64,000 bases of DNA from Vulcanimicrobiota bacterium. GTDB lineage: Bacteria > Vulcanimicrobiota > Vulcanimicrobiia > Vulcanimicrobiales > Vulcanimicrobiaceae. Position numbers and translations under genes: made by a program. The stretch spans positions 128,001 through 192,000 of the forward strand of contig CAWAXX010000018.1 of NCBI GenBank assembly GCA_963786105.1, in the 5' to 3' direction. Position 1 is the stretch's first letter, and every line of letters starts with the position of its first letter. The notes beneath the pieces are model-generated. The model was not told where the DNA came from. It made no database searches and saw only the letters and a program-made list of their open reading frames with translations. Shown one piece after another: positions 1-7,791 of the stretch.

Positions 1-1199
1 GCCTCAACGTGACCGTTCGCAAGACGCTTGGGATGTACGCGAACGTCCGTCCGTGCGCGTCGCTCTACCCGTACGTGTCGACCAAACACCCAAACATGGA
101 CATCGTGATCGTTCGTGAGAACGAGGAAGACGTCTACGGCGGCATCGAGCATCGCCAGACCAATCAAGTCGCGCAGTGCCTCAAGCTTATCTCGCGGCCC
201 GGGAGCAAGCGTATCGTCCGGTACGCATTCGAATACGCGCGCGCCAACAAGCGTAAGAAAGTCACGTGTTTCACCAAAGATAACATCATGAAGATCACCG
301 ATGGCTTGTTCCATCGGACTTTCAACGAAATCGCCAAGGAATATCCCGAGATCGAGCACGAGCACTGGATCGTCGACATCGGCGCCGCCAAACTGGCCGA
401 CACGCCGGAAGCGTTCGACGTCATCGTGATGCCTAATTTGTACGGCGACGTGCTCTCCGACGTCGCCGCCCAAATCACCGGCTCGGTCGGACTGGCGGGT
501 TCAGCCAACATCGGCGACTACTGTTCGATGTTCGAGGCGATTCACGGTTCCGCACCACGCCGCGCCGGTCAAAACTTGGCCAACCCCTCGGGATTGTTGC
601 ACGGCGCGCTTCTCATGTTGGTGCACATCGGACAAGCCGAAGCAGCCGAAAGGGCGCACAACGCCTGGCTGCGCACCATCGAAGACGGTATCCATACCTA
701 CGACATCTACAAAGACGGCGTCTCCAAACAAAAAGTGGGAACGCGCGAATTCGCCGATGCCGTGATCGCGCGACTGGGGCAGAAGCCGCAAAGCCTCAAA
801 CCGGCCGAATATGCCAAAGACGTCCACATGAATCTCGCAATCCGTCCGGCCGGCAAGCCGCCGATGAAGCTCCGGGTCGGGGTCGACATTTTTATCGATC
901 GCCGCGACGGCAATCCCGACATTATCGCCGGGGCGCTGGAGCTGCTCAAAGTTCCGGGGGCGAGGCTGACGATCATCAGCAATCGCGGTACCAAGGTTTG
1001 GCCCAACGGTAATCCCGACACGTATTGGAGCGATCACTGGTCGTGCCGTTTCGAAAGCGACGGCACCGAGCTGTTCACCGCGCAGCACGTCGTGAAGTTG
1101 CTGGAGGCCGCCGATCGCGCCGGTTTCGACGTCATCAAGACCGAGGGTCTCTACACGTTCAACGGCGAGCGCGGTTATTCGCTCGCTCAAGGCGAATAG
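1..1199 (+). CDS. icd: NADP-dependent isocitrate dehydrogenase (5'-truncated by window edge)
   Basis: IVRENEEDVYG, KDNIMK, PNLYGDVLSD and FEAIHGSAP motifs, plus C-terminal SNRGTKVWP...GYSLAQGE extension. Confidence 0.93.
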   Translation, partial: LNVTVRKTLGMYANVRPCASLYPYVSTKHPNMDIVIVRENEEDVYGGIEHRQTNQVAQCLKLISRPGSKRIVRYAFEYARANKRKKVTCFTKDNIMKITDGLFHRTFNEIAKEYPEIEHEHWIVDIGAAKLADTPEAFDVIVMPNLYGDVLSDVAAQITGSVGLAGSANIGDYCSMFEAIHGSAPRRAGQNLANPSGLLHGALLMLVHIGQAEAAERAHNAWLRTIEDGIHTYDIYKDGVSKQKVGTREFADAVIARLGQKPQSLKPAEYAKDVHMNLAIRPAGKPPMKLRVGVDIFIDRRDGNPDIIAGALELLKVPGARLTIISNRGTKVWPNGNPDTYWSDHWSCRFESDGTELFTAQHVVKLLEAADRAGFDVIKTEGLYTFNGERGYSLAQGE

Positions 1200-1955
1200 C
1201 TAGGCGAAACGCTGGAAGCAGACGCCGAGCGTTAAGAGCACGAGCACCTCGACCGTCACGATCGACGCGCCGTATACGTCGCCGGTAACGACGCCGCCGA
1301 GACGCCGGCTCGCCCACGATGCCGCCGCCCATGCGACCAGCAGCGCGGCGGGCGCTACTGCGAGGGCCCACGGTGCGATCGCCCACGCGAGCGCCTCGAC
1401 CAGCGCCGCGTTCGAGATCAGCGACAGCGCGCTCGGACGCGACGCAAACGTCCGTGTCATCGCGCCGGAGGTTCCGTAGGGAAAGGCCAGCGCGATCGGC
1501 ATCACGGCGAACCGGGCGGTCGCGCCGCTAAACGCCAACACCAACGGAAAGCGCCACGGCGGGATGGCGATCAGCGCTGCCAGCCAGAACGCGGCTACGA
1601 TGGCCATTCCGGCGACGGCAAACGTGCCGTGGCGAACGTCCTTGAGAATCTCGATGCGGCGCTGGGGAGAAGCGCTGGCGAACAAGGCGTCGCATGCATC
1701 GAGGAATCCGTCGACGTGCAGCGCACCGGTTAGGCCGATCGCCGACGCCCACGCGATCAGAAAGGCCCACGAGACTTGCAGCCACGCGTACGAGGCGTAC
1801 CCTGCGAAGCCGGCGATCGCTCCCACGAGCGCACCGACGAGCGGCAACCACTCCAACGCCGCAACGTCGGGCGCTTCCTCGGTCGCGTGTCGCCCCGCCG
1901 GAATGACGGTGTAGTACGCCAGCGCGCGGCCGAGCCCGCGCAGCGCACGGATCAC
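1200..1955 (-). CDS. cobS: Adenosylcobinamide-GDP ribazoletransferase (cobalamin synthase)
   Basis: TGALHVDGFLDACD, ILKDVRHG and GGVVTGDVYGA motifs; multi-TM; GTG start overlaps cobT stop (GTGA). Confidence 0.92.
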   Translation of the reverse strand: MIRALRGLGRALAYYTVIPAGRHATEEAPDVAALEWLPLVGALVGAIAGFAGYASYAWLQVSWAFLIAWASAIGLTGALHVDGFLDACDALFASASPQRRIEILKDVRHGTFAVAGMAIVAAFWLAALIAIPPWRFPLVLAFSGATARFAVMPIALAFPYGTSGAMTRTFASRPSALSLISNAALVEALAWAIAPWALAVAPAALLVAWAAASWASRRLGGVVTGDVYGASIVTVEVLVLLTLGVCFQRFA

Positions 1956-3007
1956 GCGCGGATGGTTTCGTGTGCCGTCGAAACGCCGGCCTCGGCAAAC
2001 GTTTTCATCTCCCACACCATGCGCGCGGCAGCCTCGCACAGGGGAAACGCCAGCGCCGCACCGCTCGCCTCACCAAGACGCAGGTCCAAATCGAACAGCG
2101 GAACCAATCCGAGCGATCGCAACGCCATCGCGTGACCGGCCTCCCTCGACCGGTGCGCCGCGATGCAATACTCGATGGCCGTTGGCGCGACCGCCCGCGC
2201 CAGCAGCGCGGCTGCACCCACGATAAATCCGTCCAAGAGGATCGGAATGCGAGCCCGAGCGGCCGCTAACAAAACGCCGGCCAACCCGACGATTTCGTAA
2301 CCTCCGACCTCACTCGCGACGGTCTTCCACTCCGCTCCGCGCACGCGATTGACGCCCGCCTCGACAACGCCGAGCTTGCGTCGCAGCGTTTCGTCGTCGA
2401 TGCCGGTTCCGCGACCTACCACGTCTTCCGGTGGCGCATCGGTCAGCGCACAGATGATCGCCGCCGCGCTGGTCGTGTTTCCGATTCCCATGTCGCCGAG
2501 CGCGACGATTTGCGGATCGAACTCCTCGCGAATGCGTGCGAACGCGTCCATACCTGCCTGCAGCGCCGCGTCGACGTGTTCGAGCGGCATCGCTGCTTCG
2601 CGCGCAAAGTTGCGCGTTCCGCGCGCCACCGCTACGTCGAACAGGCGTGGATGCGAAGGCAGGTCGGCGGCGACGCCGAAATTGACGACGAACACCTCGG
2701 CTCTCGCGACCCGCGCGAAGGCATTGATCGCCGCGAAGCCGCCGACGAACGCGGCGACCATTTGCGCCGTCACGTCGCTGGGGTACGCGCTCACGCCTTC
2801 GGCGGTGACCCCGTGATCGCCGGCGCCGACGACGATCGCCCGGCGTTCGTACGGGTTCGGCGGAAGACCGCCGTGAATCGCGGCCAGCCACTCCGCAAGC
2901 TCTTCGATTCGTCCCAAGCTCCCAACCGGCTTGGTGAGCTGGCTGATCCTCTCGTGGGCAGCGCGCGCGGCGGCGCGGTCAACCGGTGGAATGGAGATGT
3001 CGTACAT
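1952..3007 (-). CDS. cobT: Nicotinate-nucleotide--dimethylbenzimidazole phosphoribosyltransferase
   Basis: LTKPVGSLGRIE, GDHGV, GDMGIGNTT and LRLGEASGA motifs. Confidence 0.95.
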   Translation of the reverse strand: MYDISIPPVDRAAARAAHERISQLTKPVGSLGRIEELAEWLAAIHGGLPPNPYERRAIVVGAGDHGVTAEGVSAYPSDVTAQMVAAFVGGFAAINAFARVARAEVFVVNFGVAADLPSHPRLFDVAVARGTRNFAREAAMPLEHVDAALQAGMDAFARIREEFDPQIVALGDMGIGNTTSAAAIICALTDAPPEDVVGRGTGIDDETLRRKLGVVEAGVNRVRGAEWKTVASEVGGYEIVGLAGVLLAAARARIPILLDGFIVGAAALLARAVAPTAIEYCIAAHRSREAGHAMALRSLGLVPLFDLDLRLGEASGAALAFPLCEAAARMVWEMKTFAEAGVSTAHETIRA

Positions 3008-3581
3008 CGTTCAGGGTGATTAGCCGCGCTCCGTCCGCTTCCATGGCAACGCGCGTTAAGCTCGCGGGTGAAAAGGCTCGGCGCACGATCGCGTCCTCCT
3101 GGCCGGCAAAGACGCCTAAGACGTCCGTCAGGGCATGCAGCGGACCGGCGTGCGTCACCACCACGACGTGCCCGCCGTCTCCCGGCCGCAATTCCTCGAC
3201 GAACGCGCGCACTCGCGCGGTGACGTCGGCAAAACTCTCACCACCTTCGGGGCGATAGCGGTCCGCGTCGGCAACCGTCATCGGGCGAAGGTGCGGGCGC
3301 GTCGCCAGGATCTCCGCCCACGTTAGACCCTCCCATTTCCCGAACTCGAACTCGCGCAAGCGCTCGTCCGTCGTCACGATCGCGCCGTGCGGCGCGGCGA
3401 CGATACGCGCCGTCTCGTAAGCTCGTTCGAGGTCGCTCGAGTAGAAACGATCGATTCGCTCGCGCGACAAGGCGGCCGCGATCGCGCGCGCCTGATCGCG
3501 GCCTTCGGCCGAAAGCTTCACGTCGCTCCGTCCCTGAAAACGGCCGGTGGCGTTCCACGCGGTCGCGCCGTGCCGGATCAA
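2979..3581 (-). CDS. cobC: Histidine phosphatase, probable alpha-ribazole phosphatase (start uncertain)
   Basis: RHGATAWN, SSDLERAYETA, GGES and VVTHAG motifs; adjacent to cobT/cobS. Confidence 0.75.
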   Translation of the reverse strand: MIRHGATAWNATGRFQGRSDVKLSAEGRDQARAIAAALSRERIDRFYSSDLERAYETARIVAAPHGAIVTTDERLREFEFGKWEGLTWAEILATRPHLRPMTVADADRYRPEGGESFADVTARVRAFVEELRPGDGGHVVVVTHAGPLHALTDVLGVFAGQEDAIVRRAFSPASLTRVAMEADGARLITLNDVRHLHSTG

Positions 3582-3595
3582 CGTCAGGTAAAGCG

Positions 3596-4135
3596 CTACT
3601 GCACCTTCTGGAGCAGGTCGTTCATGTCGTTAGCGTGCTCTTCTTCCACCGCGAGCAGGTCTTCCATCAGCCGCCGTGACGTCGGATCTTTTTCGCCCAA
3701 GAACCGAACGATCTCGCTGTACGACTCGATGGCCACCCGTTCGGCAATCAGATCCTCCTTGATCATGTCGACGAGCGACGTTCCCTCTTTGTATTCGCTG
3801 TGACTGCGCGACGCGAGCCCTTCGGGATTGAAATCGGGCGAGCCCCGGAGTTGCGTGATGCGCTCGGCAATGCGGTCGGCATGATTCTGTTCGTCGTTTG
3901 CGTGCTCGAGGAATTCGGCTGCCACTGCATCCTTGTTGAGGCCGGTCGCCATGAAGTAGTGGCGCTTGTAGCGCAACACACAGACGATCTCAGTGGCTAG
4001 CGCTTGATTGAGGATGTCGCAAACCACGTTCGAATCGAGCTCGTAACTATCGGTAATCGCGCCTCGCTCGATATTCTCGCGCGCTCGGCGACGCAGCTCC
4101 TTGACGTCGCTAAGGAAGGGCTGGGTAGTATTCAC
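3596..4135 (-). CDS. Ferritin-like/bacterioferritin-family di-iron protein
   Basis: E..RY, EQNHAD, DLIAE and EEEHA ferroxidase pattern; AAGGA RBS before GTG. Confidence 0.85.
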   Translation of the reverse strand: MNTTQPFLSDVKELRRRARENIERGAITDSYELDSNVVCDILNQALATEIVCVLRYKRHYFMATGLNKDAVAAEFLEHANDEQNHADRIAERITQLRGSPDFNPEGLASRSHSEYKEGTSLVDMIKEDLIAERVAIESYSEIVRFLGEKDPTSRRLMEDLLAVEEEHANDMNDLLQKVQ

Positions 4136-4278
4136 GATCGATCCTTTCTTAATTTTCGACAACGCTCCGTCGAGCACCGCATAACCCCTTTATACCCACG
4201 CCGGTTTCCCGAGTCCCGTCGCCGGCTCGCGCCGGCGATGCCGAGGGTCTCTCCCTGCTTACGTCGTACGTCGAGCGC

Positions 4279-4878
4279 GTGGCCGCCACCCAAGACGACT
4301 CGCGCGCGGAAATCGTGCGATGCTGCGCGCGTTTATGGAATCGGCGCCTCGTTACCGGTACCAGCGGGAACGTCAGCCTCAGGCTCGCAAACGGCGACGT
4401 GCTCGTCACCCCCTCCCAGCGCTCGCTCGAAGAACTGCGAGTCGACGAGCTCGTCCTCGTCGACTCGGAAGGCCGCCCGCGCGACGCCCAGCGTCCAACC
4501 AGCGAGCTTGCGCTGCACTTGGCGGCCTATCGCGCCCGTCCCGACGCGCGCTGCGTCGTGCACACCCACCCTACGTTTTGCGTGGTGTGGTCTCGGACCG
4601 GCCGGGTCTTTCCGCAAGACACCGTCGGCGCACGCGAGACGCTGGGCGTGGTAGGATGGAGCCCCTATTTTCCGCCGGGTTCTACGGAGCTCGCGCGACG
4701 TTGCGCCGACGAATTCGCGCGCGGCTCCGATACGGTGCTGATGGAGCGCCACGGCCTATCAACGATCGGCGAGAACCTCGACGTTGCCTTCGCGCTCACC
4801 GACTTAGCCGAGGAGGCGGCGAGAATTGCGTATTATGCGTCGATCGCCGGCCATCCCCTCGACGCAGCCGACGCATAA
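4279..4878 (+). CDS. Class II aldolase/adducin family protein
   Basis: GTSGNVS, PTSELALH, VVHTHP and LMERHG motifs. Confidence 0.9.
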   Translation: MAATQDDSRAEIVRCCARLWNRRLVTGTSGNVSLRLANGDVLVTPSQRSLEELRVDELVLVDSEGRPRDAQRPTSELALHLAAYRARPDARCVVHTHPTFCVVWSRTGRVFPQDTVGARETLGVVGWSPYFPPGSTELARRCADEFARGSDTVLMERHGLSTIGENLDVAFALTDLAEEAARIAYYASIAGHPLDAADA

Positions 4879-4926
4879 CGGCGGGAACAAAACTTCCGCG
4901 CGCGAAAAGCGGGGGCCGTAACTCGC

Positions 4927-5014
4927 GGAGAGGTGGCAGAGTGGTCGAATGCACTCGCTTGGAAAGCGAGCAGAGGTGATAAGTCTCTCGGGAGTTCGAA
5001 TCTCCCCCTCTCCG
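4927..5014 (+). tRNA. tRNA-Ser(GGA), no encoded CCA
   Basis: GGAGAGG/CCTCTCC acceptor stem, GGA anticodon, long variable arm, GTTCGAATC T-loop. Confidence 0.95.
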
Positions 5015-5018
5015 AATG

Positions 5019-5061
5019 TGTCATCCTGAGCGGAGCTCGCGTTAGCGAGCGTAGTCGAAGG
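5019..5061 (+). repeat. REP-like dispersed repeat, copy 1
   Basis: TGTCATCCTGAGCGGAG-hairpin-CGTAGTCGAAGG; related copy on the minus strand at 60220-60259. Confidence 0.8.
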
Positions 5062-5425
5062 ACGACAGCGCCTCGAAAATTTCTTGGCCCGTAAATCCCC
5101 GGTGCTGCAGCGATGCGACGAACTTTTCGGTCGCCTCGCGCAACGTTTGCGCGCGCTGGTGGCGGTCGGGGCGCGGAATGTCTCCGGAAACGCGCGTACC
5201 GCGCCGGCCGTCGCCGATTAACCAGCCCGCTGCCTGCAGCTCGGCGTAGGCGCGCGCTACCGTATTCGGCGCAACGCCAAGATCGCCGGCGAGTTGTCGC
5301 ACCGGAGGCAACGCCATATCCGGCTGCAGCTCGCCGCGCTCGATCGTCGCGCGGATCTGTTCGACGATCTGGCGGTACGGCGGGGCCTCGAGCGATTCGT
5401 CGACGACGAGATAGGAACCGCTCAC
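5042..5425 (-). CDS. GntR (YtrA subfamily) transcriptional regulator
   Basis: PPYRQIVEQI..LPPVRQLA..PNTVARAY wHTH with short C-terminal domain. Confidence 0.9.
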   Translation of the reverse strand: MSGSYLVVDESLEAPPYRQIVEQIRATIERGELQPDMALPPVRQLAGDLGVAPNTVARAYAELQAAGWLIGDGRRGTRVSGDIPRPDRHQRAQTLREATEKFVASLQHRGFTGQEIFEALSSFDYAR

Positions 5426-6222
5426 GTCACGAGAAGTCGTTTGCGCATCGGGTTCAGGCTGACGACGATGACGACCAGGAAGGCGATCGTCACGACCCAG
5501 GTCACCGCGGCGAACACGGGTGGCCCCGAGCGCAACGCGGCTCCCGCAAGCAGCACCAGCACGGTCGGCGGCGCGCAGGCGAGCGCGACGAGACCGGTCG
5601 CACGGCAGAATCGTACGTGTTCGTCAACGAGATATTCCAGCTGCGCGTCGTCGCCGAAGAGCATCGCCGGAGCGATGGCGACCCGCCACGCGATCGCGCA
5701 GAGCGCAATCCCCGAAACGACCGCCGCGATTGCCGCAATTCGGTACTCGGGGAAGGCTGCAAACGCTGCCGCGCCGGCGAGACAAATCGCCCAGGACGCC
5801 AAGACGAGCGGCGGCAACGAGGTCCACGCCGTTCTGCGCGTAAGCGGCGCGATTCGGCGCTCGGACAGCCGGCGAAAATGCAGATATGCCAACAGCGTCG
5901 CGACGGCCAACGCCAAGCAGCTGGCGGCATACGGAACGACGCTCGGTACCGCGGGGATCAGTCCGATTGCGGCCATCGCGATGGTGAAGACCCCTGCGTA
6001 CCGCGTGTATAGGTCGGTCCCCTCGGCGTCCGTGCGAGCGGCAAGCACGCGCGCTAGACGCTCGCGCTGCTCCGGTGCGAGACCGGCACGCGCGCCGCGA
6101 AAGTACAGCCGTATGCCGCCAAAACAGCCCGGCGTGGCAATCTCGAGGATCCCGAGGAGCGCTACCATGAGAACGGTCGCCCCACGGGCGAGTTGATCCG
6201 GTGTAAAGTGATCGAGAATCAT
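5422..6222 (-). CDS. Hypothetical multi-pass membrane protein
   Basis: About 7 hydrophobic segments; GTGA overlap with the GntR gene. Confidence 0.7.
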   Translation of the reverse strand: MILDHFTPDQLARGATVLMVALLGILEIATPGCFGGIRLYFRGARAGLAPEQRERLARVLAARTDAEGTDLYTRYAGVFTIAMAAIGLIPAVPSVVPYAASCLALAVATLLAYLHFRRLSERRIAPLTRRTAWTSLPPLVLASWAICLAGAAAFAAFPEYRIAAIAAVVSGIALCAIAWRVAIAPAMLFGDDAQLEYLVDEHVRFCRATGLVALACAPPTVLVLLAGAALRSGPPVFAAVTWVVTIAFLVVIVVSLNPMRKRLLVT

Positions 6223-6261
6223 TGTATCAGGATACTAATACAATCGCCCCGTTTGTGTCAA
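6221..6261 (-). promoter_or_regulatory. Sigma70 promoter with overlapping YtrA-type operator
   Basis: TTGACA (6261-6256), 18 nt spacer, TAGTAT; inverted repeat ATTGTAT-N10-ATACAAT at 6221-6244 overlaps the start codon. Confidence 0.7.
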
Positions 6262-6277
6262 GTGGCTGGTACAAACT

Positions 6278-7015
6278 TTACGAGGACGGCGCCTCGTCGA
6301 GATGGGCCAGCCAGAAATCGAAGCTCGCGCGCGCCTGCGCTTCCAACATCGCATCGCCGGCTACGACCTCGCGTTCGAGATGGCGTGCCAGGGTTGCGCG
6401 GCTTCCATAGTTTGCGTCGACGACGACGTCGGGAGATCGCAACGCCGCGACCAGGTCTCCCGGGATATCGGCATTCGGCGGCAGGGTGCTCACGACGATT
6501 TCCGGCACGTTTTCCGCCGGCCATGCGTCGGCTTCAAAGCGCTCGCAGACGTTTCTGACGCGAGTCGGATCGCGCCCCCAAACGAACGCATACGCATCGT
6601 TGTCGTGGAGTTCTGCGAGAATTGCCCGCGCGGTCGCGCCGTATCCAAGCACGCCGATTCGCTTGAGTGCGATCGGTTCTTCGATGAGCGCCTCGAGCGC
6701 CATCCGCGCGCCGATACCGTCGGTGTTGGTTCCGAGTATCCGGCGCCCGAAGAAAATCGTATTGACGGCCTGCGCGCGCCGCGCTTCTTCGGTGAGAGCG
6801 TCGCACGCCTCTACCGCTTCTTCCTTCAAGGGGTAGGTTACGTTGCAACCGGTGTAACCGTCGGCGTGCATGCGTCGAATGACGCGCACGGCGTGTGACT
6901 TCGGTACTCGCAACGCGACGTAGCTGCCGTCGATGTCCGATTCTTCCAAGAAGTCTTGGTGCAGTTGCGGACTCCGGCTGTGCTCCACCGGATCGCCGAT
7001 GACGGCGAGCTTCAC
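6278..7015 (-). CDS. aroE: Shikimate dehydrogenase
   Basis: IGDPVEHSRSP, GCNVTYPLK, AVNTI and NTDGIG motifs; GTG start overlaps the yqeG stop. Confidence 0.9.
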   Translation of the reverse strand: MKLAVIGDPVEHSRSPQLHQDFLEESDIDGSYVALRVPKSHAVRVIRRMHADGYTGCNVTYPLKEEAVEACDALTEEARRAQAVNTIFFGRRILGTNTDGIGARMALEALIEEPIALKRIGVLGYGATARAILAELHDNDAYAFVWGRDPTRVRNVCERFEADAWPAENVPEIVVSTLPPNADIPGDLVAALRSPDVVVDANYGSRATLARHLEREVVAGDAMLEAQARASFDFWLAHLDEAPSS

Positions 7016-7497
7016 GGCACCCGGCGATTCGGAAGCATCAGCCGTTCGAAGAATCGAAAGAAGCCCGTGAGCGCCAGATCCTTGGCCTCGATTGGCTCGG
7101 TAAGAATCGTATACAAGCCGCAGAGTTTTCCGCCGAGTACGTCGGTGAAAAGCTGATCGCCTACGACGGCGATCTCGCGACGACGCAGCTGCAGCGCCTG
7201 TACCGCGCGCAAGAAGCCGAACGGCAACGGTTTGAGCGCGTTGGGAATGCAGGCGACGTTCAGCTGGGCGGCGATGGCGGTAACGCGCGCCGAGAAGTTG
7301 TTCGAGAGCATGACGATCCGGAAGCCGCGGTCGTGGGCGCGCGCGACCCACTCGAGGTGCTCGCGCGCCAATTCCGTCTCCCGAAATCCCAGCAACGTGT
7401 TGTCGAGATCGACGATCAGGCCTCGAATGCCGGCCGCTTCGAGCTCTTCATGCGGCACGTCGTGAAGCCGCGCGGCAAACCGGTTCGGGCCGAGCAT
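7012..7497 (-). CDS. yqeG: YqeG-family HAD IIIA phosphatase
   Basis: DLDNTL, LSNN, ALKP and VGDQLFTDVLGG motifs; yqeG-aroE synteny. Confidence 0.9.
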   Translation of the reverse strand: MLGPNRFAARLHDVPHEELEAAGIRGLIVDLDNTLLGFRETELAREHLEWVARAHDRGFRIVMLSNNFSARVTAIAAQLNVACIPNALKPLPFGFLRAVQALQLRRREIAVVGDQLFTDVLGGKLCGLYTILTEPIEAKDLALTGFFRFFERLMLPNRRVP

Positions 7498-7614
7498 TGG
7501 CCCTGGGTTGTACCGGCTATCCCCGGTATCCTCGAAGATCTCCACAGCCGACCCACCGCCCGCGGCCAGGTCGCCAGCGTATCCGCCATTTTTCGAGGCT
7601 AACCACAGCCGGCC

Positions 7615-7651
7615 CACAAGGAGTTGTGCAGAACGACCCCAATATCTTGTG
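7615..7651. promoter_or_regulatory. Tandem NrdR-box-like sites
   Basis: CACAAGGAGTTGTG (7615-7628) and CCCAATATCTTGTG (7638-7651) upstream of nrdJ. Confidence 0.65.
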
Positions 7652-7791
7652 GTATTCCGCTCGGTATGGCACAATAGGTGACCCGGGCCTTGCTTCGGCG
7701 CAGGTATGTAGCGAACAGGTGTTCGCACCGCTCTTCGCCAAGGAGTTGGGTCCCAAGCTCAGCGAGCGAGCCAGGCAAGGAGCAGCTTCGT

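Noticed and set aside
7016..7351. Apparent N-terminal extension of AroE
   Set aside because: Out-of-frame overlap with yqeG; GTGA coupling gives a start at 7015
7500..7791. Cobalamin riboswitch upstream of nrdJ
   Set aside because: No B12-box (GGGAA...GCCACTG...AGYCAGRAGACC) pattern found
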